NCBI RefSeq assembly: GCF_000007225.1
Contig: NC_003364.1
Coordinates: forward strand, 1,500,001-1,532,000
Direction: 5' to 3'
DNA from: Pyrobaculum aerophilum str. IM2
Lineage (GTDB): Archaea; Thermoproteota; Thermoprotei; Thermoproteales; Thermoproteaceae
Length of the DNA: 32,000 nucleotides
This document shows, piece after piece, positions 16,462 to 25,306 of this stretch. The translations under genes and the position numbers were made by a program. The notes below the pieces were generated by a model. The model worked only from the letters and a program-made list of their open reading frames with translations. It made no database searches and was not told the DNA's origin. Each line of letters opens with the position of its first letter. Position 1 is the first letter of the stretch.

Positions 16462-17208
16462 ATGCGGCTGAATATAGCGCTTTTCGCCCTATTCCTCACT
16501 GTGTTTACAAACGGCGTACAAGTTATAGCTCTGTGGGAGCTACACAGCGACGGCTTTAACCTCACTGCGAAATACGTGGCGGAAATAGACGTCGCCGTGT
16601 CTAAGAATTACGTGTGGTTGCCGGGCGAGGAGGTGGCCGTGGTGTGCAAGCCGCGTAGCGCCAACCTCACAATTGAGCTTTCAATTCCCAGGGAGGTGCC
16701 CCTGGTGGGCGGGAAGAGGCTGGCTCAAGTAATTTCTCTCGCTCCCGGGGAGAGGCATGCAGTTGAGGCGGAACTGGCGCCTAATATAAGACTGCGGATT
16801 TACGGCTCGGTTAATTTACAAGCCTTAATTAAAGCGTCTGGCGCCGCCCCCACGGCGCTGGCCTTATATCCGCCGTGTGAGGCAAAATTAAAAACCTACG
16901 GCCGTGCTAGTTTAAACGTGACTTTCTACGCCGTTCCCACAGTAGGCATTGAGATCGCGGCTCCGGGGTTTTCAATAGTCTTGGCTGAGAGACAGCTAGA
17001 GGCGCGGGAGATGAAGCCAAGCGTGGAGCTCGTCATACACGACGCCTCGCCTGTGTTAATAACAGCGGCGGTATTGGCTATAGCATTTCTTTTATATGTA
17101 CTACGAGTACGTCAACTTTATAACAAGGGGGCGAGGTCTTCACATGTTCAAGCCGCTGGTCCTTTTAGCCCTGGCCTTTACAGCTTTGGCATTACTCCTG
17201 TGGATTAG
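16462..17208 (+). CDS. hypothetical secreted protein with N-terminal signal/anchor and C-terminal TM anchor
   Basis: 248 aa. The N-terminus is MRLNIALFALFLTVFTNGV. The C-terminal segment is hydrophobic (VLITAAVLAIAFLLYVL). No family recognised. Confidence 0.5.
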   Translation: MRLNIALFALFLTVFTNGVQVIALWELHSDGFNLTAKYVAEIDVAVSKNYVWLPGEEVAVVCKPRSANLTIELSIPREVPLVGGKRLAQVISLAPGERHAVEAELAPNIRLRIYGSVNLQALIKASGAAPTALALYPPCEAKLKTYGRASLNVTFYAVPTVGIEIAAPGFSIVLAERQLEAREMKPSVELVIHDASPVLITAAVLAIAFLLYVLRVRQLYNKGARSSHVQAAGPFSPGLYSFGITPVD

Positions 17209-18958
17209 CTCCCAAGCGCCCCCTCAAACCGCGCCGCCGGTTAGCACGCCGCCGCCTCAGTTCCCGGTAATAAAGCTCGCCACGTTGGAATTGCTAAATC
17301 CACTTGAACCGGCGCTCCCCATGGCCTTTCCCGTGGCTCTGTACAGTACTTCCGCCGCAGTAGCGACTGCTGATATGAAAACGGCCTACGCGGCTAACGT
17401 ACAAGTCGCGGGAGTGGATGAGGAGGATTACGTGAAGTTCGACGGCGAGCGTCTCTACGTTGCCGTGAACGGAAAGGTCTACGTCGTTGATAAAAATCTC
17501 CGTTTGTTAGAGACGCTAGACTGTCCCAGCCCCCACTGCTATATTTTCGCGTGGGGCGGCAGGGTATTGGCAATTGGTGAAGTTGGCGGCAACACGTTAC
17601 TCTATCTCTACGACTCGTCTAGAAAAGTCGCCGTTTATAACTTCACAGGATACCCAATCGCCGCCAGGATGCACAACGGAGAAGTGTACATTGCGGCCGC
17701 CTCGCCGCCTAGGGTTGTCATTAACGGCCGCGAGGTAAACGAGGCGCCGCTTCTATCCCTCGACTTTCATCCCAACGTGCTGATTATCGCCGGCGTGGAT
17801 TTGAGAAGCCCGAATTTCAACGCCACTGCTTATGTGGCGGGCCCTGCCGCAAAGATCTACATGAGGGAGAACAGGCTTTACGTAGTGACGTCGCTGGGAA
17901 TTCCCGATTTGTTATACAAGGCGGTCAAGGCAGTGTGGGAGGATTTGCCCGGGGAGGTGAGGGAGAGGCTTGATCTCACCAACCCCCTAACTCTATACGT
18001 CACTCTGCGCGAGGCGCTTAAAAACAACACTTCTGTCGTCGAGGTGTTAAACAGGGCAAATATAACAACGGCTACGCGAGTGTACATATTCGAGGGAGAG
18101 GGCCCGTATCTGAGGCTGAAGGCCGCGGCCGAGGTCCCCGGCAGAGTTCTGGATCAATTCGCAATTGAGGAGATAGACGGCGGCTTCCTCCTGGCCACTA
18201 CAGTCGCCCCCGTGAAATTCAGAGTTTCGCCTCTGTGGATACCTGCGGCGCCCCCGGAGATTATTATTAGCCAAGACGGCGTGCCGGTGGCGGTAATACG
18301 CCGCGCCATCACGCCACTGTCTCCCAGTATTTGGACAAGCGAGGGGGAGCCGGTAAACGCAGTTTATATTTTCGACGAAAACGGCAATTTAAAAGGCTCG
18401 CTTACTGGCCTGGCCCCGGGGGAGAGGATATACGCCGCGAGGCTGGTTAAAAACGTGTTATACCTCGTGACTTTTAGACAAGTCGATCCCCTCTTCGCCA
18501 TAGACATCTCTAACCCCGAGAGGCCCAGGGTGTTGGGCTATTTAAAAATCCCCGGGTTTTCGGAATACCTCCACCCAGTCGGCGAGGGAAGACTGCTGGG
18601 CGTGGGGGCGTATCAATCCGGCGTGAAAATATCCCTATTCGACGCCTCCAACCCAGCGGCGCCAAGAGAGGTGTCAAATATCACTATTTCCAACGCCTAC
18701 ACCCCCGTGTTTTACGACCACCACGCCTTTTCCTACAACCCAGAGGCCGAACTAGCCTTTATTCCATATACGCCTTATTTGGGGGGCTTGAGGATCTTGT
18801 TTATAGAGGTTGGGAGCAAGCTGAGGGTAAGGGCAGAGAGGGACCTCCCCGCTGACAGGGCCTTTTTCGACAAAGACGCCGTTTACCTCGTTGGAGGGAA
18901 TAGGGTATGGAAGCTGAGCTACAGCCTTGAAGTAGTGGGAGAAGCAGTTTTAAAATAA
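17144..18958 (+). CDS. secreted beta-propeller domain protein (PF09826 Beta_propel / COG4880-like)
   Basis: The ORF track gives 17096..18958. The ATG at 17144 gives a signal/anchor MFKPLVLLALAFTALALLLW. The C-terminal motif VTFRQVDPLFAIDISNPERPRVLGYLKIPGFSEYLHPVGEGRLLGVG matches the family signature as I recall it. Confidence 0.78.
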   Translation: MFKPLVLLALAFTALALLLWISSQAPPQTAPPVSTPPPQFPVIKLATLELLNPLEPALPMAFPVALYSTSAAVATADMKTAYAANVQVAGVDEEDYVKFDGERLYVAVNGKVYVVDKNLRLLETLDCPSPHCYIFAWGGRVLAIGEVGGNTLLYLYDSSRKVAVYNFTGYPIAARMHNGEVYIAAASPPRVVINGREVNEAPLLSLDFHPNVLIIAGVDLRSPNFNATAYVAGPAAKIYMRENRLYVVTSLGIPDLLYKAVKAVWEDLPGEVRERLDLTNPLTLYVTLREALKNNTSVVEVLNRANITTATRVYIFEGEGPYLRLKAAAEVPGRVLDQFAIEEIDGGFLLATTVAPVKFRVSPLWIPAAPPEIIISQDGVPVAVIRRAITPLSPSIWTSEGEPVNAVYIFDENGNLKGSLTGLAPGERIYAARLVKNVLYLVTFRQVDPLFAIDISNPERPRVLGYLKIPGFSEYLHPVGEGRLLGVGAYQSGVKISLFDASNPAAPREVSNITISNAYTPVFYDHHAFSYNPEAELAFIPYTPYLGGLRILFIEVGSKLRVRAERDLPADRAFFDKDAVYLVGGNRVWKLSYSLEVVGEAVLK

Positions 18959-18973
18959 TGCTGTGTTAAGAGC

Positions 18974-19231
18974 GTGCGTATTTTTAGAATTTTAGAGGAC
19001 GCAGAGAGGAGGCTGAAGAGGATCGAGGCGTCGGGAGACGAAGACGTATTGCGGTGGAATATATACGCCGCAATTCAAGACGTATTAGACGTTTTGGCAA
19101 TTATCTACTCGGAGGAGGGGTGGAAAAAACCTCCCTCTTACAGCAGCCCGCGAGGCAGAGGAGCGCGGCGTTATTCCAGAGGGATTTCTCCCATTTGTAA
19201 AAATAAGAAACGCCTTGGCCCACGCGCATAG
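18974..19231 (+). pseudogene. N-terminal part of a DUF86/HepT-type HEPN gene, out of frame with its own catalytic half
   Basis: This frame reads ...IQDVLDVLAIIYSEEGWKKPPSY and then degenerates into SSPRGRGARRYS. The expected continuation AAREAEERGVIPEGFLPFVKIRNALAHAH (RN-x3-H HEPN motif) lies in the +1-shifted frame, which is open from 19089. Confidence 0.7.
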
Positions 19232-19691
19232 GGAAATAAAGAAAGAGTTAACTGCCCTAAGGGGAAGGGTTCTGGAGAAGTTTCCGTTGTTCTTGTCAGC
19301 TCTTCGCTCTTATGTGTCGGCTAGGGGTATAGATCCCGTTGTGGAGTGGAGTTCTTTAGCTCATGTGTTTAAACGCTGGGGGGTTAAATTCGCATATCTC
19401 TTCGGCTCCAGGGCTAGGGGGCTTGAGAGAGAGGACAGCGATTGGGACGTCGCTGTGTACTTTGGCAGAGAGGTGACTATAATAGAAGAGGCCGAACTTG
19501 GGGCAGAGCTCTCCAAGCGGCTGGGGGTTGAGGTGGATGTGGTTGCCTTAGACAACGCGCCTCTTGACCTAATATACATAGTGTTAAGAGACGGCGTTGT
19601 GATATACTCAGAGGACGAAAAGTTGCGAAAGCAGTGGGAAAATGAGACTTACTTGGAGTATTTAGACTACGCCAGTGATTACCTCGAGTAG
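19215..19691 (+). CDS. MntA-type minimal nucleotidyltransferase, in frame with the upstream HEPN R-x4-H segment
   Basis: The NTase motif is YLFGSRARGLEREDSDWDVAVYF...VDVVAL. The same frame is open upstream to 19089 and encodes the HEPN catalytic helix. There is no stop codon between the HEPN C-terminus and the NTase domain. Confidence 0.8.
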   Translation: MAHAHREIKKELTALRGRVLEKFPLFLSALRSYVSARGIDPVVEWSSLAHVFKRWGVKFAYLFGSRARGLEREDSDWDVAVYFGREVTIIEEAELGAELSKRLGVEVDVVALDNAPLDLIYIVLRDGVVIYSEDEKLRKQWENETYLEYLDYASDYLE

Positions 19692-19911
19692 AGGCCTACA
19701 GCGCGGCGAAGAGAAATCCGCGCCTAATAGTCGCCACCCCAAGAATCTCCCGCAAACCGCCTTACGGTAACGCTCGCCTTGGCGATGGGAATAGCGGCGA
19801 AATGCACGTAGGCGGCTCTATCCCTCCCCAAGCCCTTTGTTATTTTTGTAGAAGTCCCGGCGCTCACGTAGTCCCAGCTATAAGCTTTTAAAGCCGGACT
19901 CCGTCAAATTT

Positions 19912-20274
19912 GTGATTGATATAGTGCTGTGGCTAGCGGCCTTTTCCCTATTGCTGTGGCTATTTATGAGCCTTTTAGCGGGGAGGCCGGTTAACCCGGT
20001 GGGAGTTTTCTTAGGAGTGCTCTTGGCTCCAATTGCCTTTCTAATAGGCGTGGCGGCAGTGCTTTTTCTAGTCGCTTCCTTGCTTATTTTCATAGCCGTG
20101 CCGTTGGCCCTGTTAGCGGGCTTCGTCCTGGCGCTGTTTGTGCTCTCCGCCCTCGCTGGGGTGGGCATGCTGAAAGCGCTAATAGCCTTAATCCTGGCCG
20201 CTCTGTTGCTGGCTCTGCTTGGCGTAGCACTCTGGCGTTTTCCACGGCCTCCTAGCGCCCCGTTGCGCTTCTAG
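19912..20274 (+). CDS. hypothetical small membrane protein
   Basis: 120 aa from a GTG start, almost entirely hydrophobic with about 4 TM segments. Coding status is uncertain. Confidence 0.4.
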   Translation: MIDIVLWLAAFSLLLWLFMSLLAGRPVNPVGVFLGVLLAPIAFLIGVAAVLFLVASLLIFIAVPLALLAGFVLALFVLSALAGVGMLKALIALILAALLLALLGVALWRFPRPPSAPLRF

Positions 20275-20293
20275 GCGTAGCTCAGCGTATTGC

Positions 20294-20863
20294 CTAAAAT
20301 GTGCCCCGCGAGTAGGGAAATAGCGATTTGCACACCACCTCGCCGCGTTTCAGACGCTTCACGAGCTCCCAGTAGGAGTCTAATCTCTTGAACAGCCAGG
20401 TGTTAACGCCATTTATGGGGACTGGGTCTGTCTCCAAGATCTCTCTCAGCTCTTCCTCGCCTAGTTTGTAGAGGTAATGACAAGGGTCTTTCAAGAGGAG
20501 CGCCCTCCGGTACTCCACTTCGTGTATGTGCGTCACCGGGCTCCCCGCCTCGCCCTCCACTTTTGACAGAAGGGAGATTAAATCGCTTAAATCAACGGAG
20601 TTTTTAAACCCCCGCCTCTTCCACTCGTCCACTACCGCGTGGAAATAGGCCACTAAATCGGCTAGGTACGGCCTCCCCCCGTTGAAATACATCTGCACAA
20701 TTGGGTGGTTGAGCCACCCCCTCTTCCCGTCTCTCAAAACTCCCATCTTCCTCAAAATAACCTTAATAACAAGCTTAGCCTCAACCCTTTGCTTCCCCAA
20801 TCTGAGGTCGTCTAGAAAGGCGGCGGATTTTCTGTGATCAAGATATGGCCGGAAGATTTGCAC
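20294..20863 (-). CDS. pyrimidine-dimer DNA glycosylase (T4 endonuclease V / Pyr_excise)-like protein
   Basis: 189 aa. The N-terminus MQIFRPYLDHRKSAAFLDDLRLGKQRVEAKLV and the later DEWKRRGFKN resemble the T4 DenV pattern (LADQHLMAEYRE... and ECLKRGFNI). The assignment is by memory of the family pattern only. Confidence 0.5.
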   Translation of the reverse strand: MQIFRPYLDHRKSAAFLDDLRLGKQRVEAKLVIKVILRKMGVLRDGKRGWLNHPIVQMYFNGGRPYLADLVAYFHAVVDEWKRRGFKNSVDLSDLISLLSKVEGEAGSPVTHIHEVEYRRALLLKDPCHYLYKLGEEELREILETDPVPINGVNTWLFKRLDSYWELVKRLKRGEVVCKSLFPYSRGTF

Positions 20864-20934
20864 GTTTTTATATTGCCCCCTATAAAAAGATGCAACGTCG
20901 AGGCATAGTTAATTAATACTTATCATGGTTTTCT

Positions 20935-21297
20935 GTGGCTCACCGCTGGTATTCAAGAGCTGGACGGTTTAGGGCGTTGGCTTCGGAATTTCTCCGCCGG
21001 GGCTTCTACCCAGAGGCTTGTTTCTTTGCGCAACAATCTGCGGAGTTTTATCTAAAGGGGAAGTTAATAGAAGTTACCGGGGCGCGGCTCTATACACACT
21101 CAATACTACAGCTGTTAACTGTCCTTTACCAAACTCTCGGAAGAGAGCTTAGCGAAGAGCTTGTGAGGTGCGCTAAGTACTTAACGGAGCAGTACATTGG
21201 ATCCCGCTATCCAGACGCAAGAATGCTCGAATACGATAAAGACGACGCAGAGCAATGTATAAAATGTATGGAGATGATTTTCACCAATGTATTTTAG
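20935..21297 (+). CDS. HEPN domain protein (PF05168 type)
   Basis: 120-aa helical protein with YLKGKL...HSI..L and the family-typical YLTEQYIGSRYPDA segment. It overlaps the downstream NTase gene by 11 nt. Confidence 0.78.
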   Translation: MAHRWYSRAGRFRALASEFLRRGFYPEACFFAQQSAEFYLKGKLIEVTGARLYTHSILQLLTVLYQTLGRELSEELVRCAKYLTEQYIGSRYPDARMLEYDKDDAEQCIKCMEMIFTNVF

Positions 21298-21679
21298 AAA
21301 AACTCTGTTGAAAATGCACAGCGAAATTGAGACGTGGATAAAAAGGCTCTGCGAGCAGGGCTACACAGTAGTGCTCTTCGGCTCCAGGGCTAGGGGGGAG
21401 GCGAGAATAGACAGCGATTGGGACGTAGTTGTAATCGGAGAAGAGGCGCCGGAGCCCCCGCCTAACGACTTGGCCCAAGTCCACTACGCCACGCCTAATG
21501 AGGCCGAGGCGCTGGTTAGAGATTTCAATACAATTTTCATAGATGCCTTTTACGAGGGAAAACTGCTGTGCGGCAACGCAGATCTATACAGTCGCTTGAA
21601 GAAATTAGCTGAAGCCACGACTCGGGGATTGGTTAAAACTAAAGACGGGTGGATGCCCGCAAGCCTTCCGGGGAAGTAA
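21287..21679 (+). CDS. minimal nucleotidyltransferase (PF01909 type), partner of the upstream HEPN protein
   Basis: 130 aa with VVLFGSRARGEARIDSDWDVVVIG (GS-x9-11-DxD NTase motif). Confidence 0.82.
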   Translation: MYFRKTLLKMHSEIETWIKRLCEQGYTVVLFGSRARGEARIDSDWDVVVIGEEAPEPPPNDLAQVHYATPNEAEALVRDFNTIFIDAFYEGKLLCGNADLYSRLKKLAEATTRGLVKTKDGWMPASLPGK

Positions 21680-22044
21680 CACAACGCGGTCAGACAGCCT
21701 CACGGGTCTACTTGAAACAGCTGTCAATTACGCAAATCGGAATAGGACGCGATTGCTCACTGCGCAAGATATACCACCGTGTCCCTCATGAACTGTGCAG
21801 CCAACAAAACTCTAGATGTTAAGTCCTTTCTACTTACAGAGGGGGACGTATAATAAGCATTTGGAATGCCGTTGATCTAAAACTCTGTCGTTAGCAGATC
21901 CTTCGTAACGCCCCTATGCACTGTTGTGAGTCAGAGCAGTAACTTAGACGAGCTCGCCCCTATCTATTCTGGCTACAACGTCGGTAAAGGCCTTTTTACT
22001 GCATAGTTAACAAAATATATTATTGGGATTAAGTGTCTTCCGCC

Positions 22045-22898
22045 ATGGAGTACCTTTTTATCATTATCCTAACTGCGGCGTCTTTCGCCTTAGGCCTAGT
22101 CGGCAGTATAGCCGGCGTCGGCGGCGGCGTGTTGTTCACTCCGTTTTCCTAGCCTTTACTCAAATGAATGTTGACGTTATTAGAGCCGCCGGGCTTGCAG
22201 TGGCCTTAACTACTGCGGTGATATCTAGTAGAAATTACATACGCGCTGGCATAACTCCCTTTAAATTGGCGCTTCTCTTCGGCGCCGTGGCGTCGTTAAC
22301 TGCCATCGTCGGAGCGGCCCTGGGCATCTATATAGTTAAACAATTCGGCAAAGTCGGCGAGGCCTATGTCAGAATTGCCTTAGCGTCCGTAATGTTGTTG
22401 GTAGTAGTGGCTATGTTTCTAAAACGGCAAGATTACCCAGAGCCCCGGCCTAATAAAATAGCTGAAAAACTGGGATTGGCTGGCTTTTACAACGACCCAG
22501 TCAGGGGACGAGTGGCGTACGTCCCTAACAGAATTTTTCTCTCGGCCTTGTTGATATCTGGAGTGGGATTTATAGGGGGAATGTTTGGCCTTACAGGCGG
22601 GTGGGCCATCGTACCCATTTTAAATCTAGTTTCTAGACTGCCGCTTAAAGTAGCCGTTGCCACTTCGCTTACAATAATTGCAATTACTTACGCCCCGGCC
22701 CTTATGGTGTACAACATCAACGGCGCACTTAATGCTTATATTGTGGCTTTGACAGCGCCCATGGTGGCCCTAGGGGCTTTAGTGGGCTCAAAGATAATGA
22801 TTAAAATCAAGGCGTCTGTAATACGCTATGCCATTATAGCAGTAATGATAATCTCTGCAATACAGCTCATACAAAGGGGCCTCGCCCAGTTGTCATGA
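22045..22898 (+). pseudogene. TauE/SafE-family anion (sulfite-type) exporter, interrupted by a 1-nt frameshift in a T run
   Basis: ATG 22045 encodes MEYLFIIILTAASFALGLVGSIAGVGGGVLFTPFS and then stops at TAG 22150-22152. The rest of the protein (LAFTQMNVDVIRAAG..., including a second GGMFGLTGGWAIVP motif) is in the frame of track ORF 22023..22898. Adding one T to the tttt run at 22144-22147 joins them as ...VLFTPFFLAFTQ... Confidence 0.8.
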
Positions 22899-23188
22899 GG
22901 GGAGACCACTTATACGCCAATGTGTTACTCTACGTCTACTTAGCCGGTTTGTTATTGGCCATAGTGGCCACAGGCCTAGAGGGCCTTGGGAAAATTGAGG
23001 ATCTATTTGCCGGCAAAAAGGATGTGGAAATGGGAATCCTCGCCCGTTTATCTACATACATATTAACCCTGGCGGTTCCCGTTGCTCTCATTATTATGCT
23101 GTCAACAGATAGGGACAAGGCAACTGCGTTGTTTATTTTCGCAATTCTGGCGGCAATTATAATGGCAACCGTTTTAAAAGTTGGTTAG
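22895..23188 (+). CDS. small membrane protein translationally coupled to the TauE-like gene (possibly DUF1634-like)
   Basis: 97 aa with 3 hydrophobic segments. The start overlaps the upstream stop (ATGA). The family guess is weak. Confidence 0.5.
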   Translation: MRGDHLYANVLLYVYLAGLLLAIVATGLEGLGKIEDLFAGKKDVEMGILARLSTYILTLAVPVALIIMLSTDRDKATALFIFAILAAIIMATVLKVG

Positions 23189-23719
23189 CCATTCGAGATC
23201 CCACCCACGCCCTCTCCGGCATGCCTTCTGTTTCCTTTACCAAGTGATCGCGAATGTTCGACGTTTAAAGGCGCCATGAGCTGTGGGCAAATCGCGCCTC
23301 AAAAGTTGAAAACGGCTTTACGATTAACAGAGGCGCGTTATCACCGCACGGCTACGGCAGGCCATTTAAAAAGTCCCGGGCCGGGCGAAACACAGCACCA
23401 CGTGGCTCTAAAGCACTGCACTTGCCTTTGGCGTCATGTGGTTGTGCGCGGCTGGAGTTAAAAGTAGTAATTGTTTATGTCGTGTATCTATTTTTATGTG
23501 TTGGCTATTTCATTGATAAAGACGATAACTAGTATACATTATTACTTCTTAATTTTTAAATTTTTCAACAAAGCCCGTTAAATATACATAGAACGGCGGC
23601 CTATCTATATATAATATACATACAAACGCTGGGTATTATAGTAATAATTCCAACTAAGGCGCCGGACTATTTAATCATTTATCTCAGTTATATATTTAAT
23701 CTCTGTACTTTGGCTGGCT

Positions 23720-25009
23720 ATGCCAGATGGTTTGGCTGTTTGGAGGGTGTTGAGAGGGGCTGGGGTTAAGTTAGTGAAGTTTGTCGTTGTGGATATATTC
23801 GGCAGGCCTAGGGCTGAGGTCTTGCCAATAGAGGCGGCTAGAGAGGCCTTTTTAGACGGCGTTGCTTACGACGGCTCTTCTATACCGGCTTATACCACTG
23901 TGAATAAAAGCGATTTAGTGGCCGTCCCCGATTTAAACGCAGTATACGTGGAGAGCTGGAACGGGGGGAAGACTGCCATAGTCTTTACAAACACTGTGGA
24001 CGGCGGCAAGCCCCACCCAATGGACCCGAGAAACGTGTTAAGACAGGCGGCGGACTACGCCAAGTCTAGAGGGTATGCGCCAGTGGTGGGGGCTGAGGTG
24101 GAGTTCTTTCTAGTGAGAGGCGTTCCGCCAGCCCCTGCGGACAGCGGCGTTTATTTCGACGGCTATCTCCACGGGGATTCCTACGCGGCGGTTGAGGAAA
24201 TCCTAGGCCATTTAGAGGCCTCTGGCATTGGCCTATCTAAGACGCATCACGAAGTCGCCCCGGGCCAGTACGAGGTGAACATCCCGGCGGGAGACCCAGT
24301 GCAAGTGGCCGACCAGATCCTAGTCTTTAAAATAATGGCAAAGGCCGTGGCCAAGAGGAGGGGCCTCACCGCCACTTTCATGCCGAAGCCCTTCTGGGGA
24401 GTTAACGGCTCTGGCATGCACGTACACGTCAGTTTTTGGAAAGACGGCGTTAATCTCTTCGCCTCTAGAGGCGAGCCGACGCAAGAGCTCAAGTGGGCAG
24501 TGGCGGGGGTTTTAGAAAACGCCTTGCGCAACAGCGCCTTCGTCGCGCCCACTGTGAACAGCTACAAAAGGCTCGTCCCACACCACGAGGCCCCCACGAG
24601 AGTTGTGTGGGGACTTGGAAACCGCTCTGTCATGGTCAGAATTCCCTACTACGGCGGGAGGATAAATAGGCTTGAGTACAGACACCCAGACCCCTCTGCA
24701 AATCCCTACTTGGCCTTTGCAGTAATTATCCTCTCAGCCCTAGCGGGAATTGAAAAAAAGAGAGAGCCCCCGCCCCCAGTGGCCGAAGTGGCGTATGAGC
24801 TGGAAGAGGCCAGGGAGACTCCCCCCAATTTAGGCGAGGCCCTTAAAATGGCCAGAGACGGCACGCCGCTACCCGGGCAATTCCTAGAGGCCTACTTAAG
24901 GCTAAAAGAGAGGGAGTGGGAAGAGTACATAACGGCCGAGGGAAGCTGGGAAACCACGTGGAACAAAATAACTAAATGGGAATACGAAAAATACTTAGAA
25001 GAAGCTTAA
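23720..25009 (+). CDS. glnA: glutamine synthetase, type I
   Basis: 429 aa with HHEVAPGQYEVNI, FMPKPF.G.NGSGMHVHVS, NSYKRLVP..EAP and RNRS..VRIP. Confidence 0.93.
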   Translation: MPDGLAVWRVLRGAGVKLVKFVVVDIFGRPRAEVLPIEAAREAFLDGVAYDGSSIPAYTTVNKSDLVAVPDLNAVYVESWNGGKTAIVFTNTVDGGKPHPMDPRNVLRQAADYAKSRGYAPVVGAEVEFFLVRGVPPAPADSGVYFDGYLHGDSYAAVEEILGHLEASGIGLSKTHHEVAPGQYEVNIPAGDPVQVADQILVFKIMAKAVAKRRGLTATFMPKPFWGVNGSGMHVHVSFWKDGVNLFASRGEPTQELKWAVAGVLENALRNSAFVAPTVNSYKRLVPHHEAPTRVVWGLGNRSVMVRIPYYGGRINRLEYRHPDPSANPYLAFAVIILSALAGIEKKREPPPPVAEVAYELEEARETPPNLGEALKMARDGTPLPGQFLEAYLRLKEREWEEYITAEGSWETTWNKITKWEYEKYLEEA

Positions 25010-25306
25010 AAACAGATTTTTTAAATATTATCTTCATTTTTAAAATTAAATTTTATGTTTATTAAGGGAATTAAGCGCGGGATAATACTTTATAGATTGT
25101 AAACCATCTATGAGGTGGCCCCCGCCCTTATATATCAGAAAGTGTACGGCGTGAGGCGCTGTTTGTATCTCTTACAAAAAATACCACGTTTGCCTTGAAA
25201 CTTATAGCATTATTATAAATGTATTTCGGAATGCCGTATGCAGCTAACGTAGTCTATTTAGTAGGATGTTTTATGAATTTTTAAACGGCGTTGGAATTAA
25301 ACTACT

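Noticed and set aside
21680-22044. An ORF-free stretch might hide a tRNA, an intron-containing tRNA or another RNA gene.
   Set aside because: No T-loop (GTTCRANYC) or acceptor/anticodon arm pattern was found on either strand. It is mentioned only as part of the island finding.
23189-23461. A GC-rich 270-bp stretch after the small membrane-protein gene contains track ORF 23276..23461 (61 aa).
   Set aside because: The peptide (MSCGQIAPQKLKTALRLTEARYHRTATAGHLKSPGPGETQHH…) has no motifs or hydrophobic core pattern, and no promoter-like element is positioned correctly. It is possibly a decayed gene remnant, but I cannot support a call.
23461-23719. The AT-rich intergenic regions (also 9205-9400 and 25010-25306) could be replication origins.
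   Set aside because: No ORB/mini-ORB-like inverted repeats (e.g. a TCCAGTGGAAA-type core) are present. There is no adjacent orc1/cdc6 gene, and each region is adequately explained as a promoter or regulatory region.
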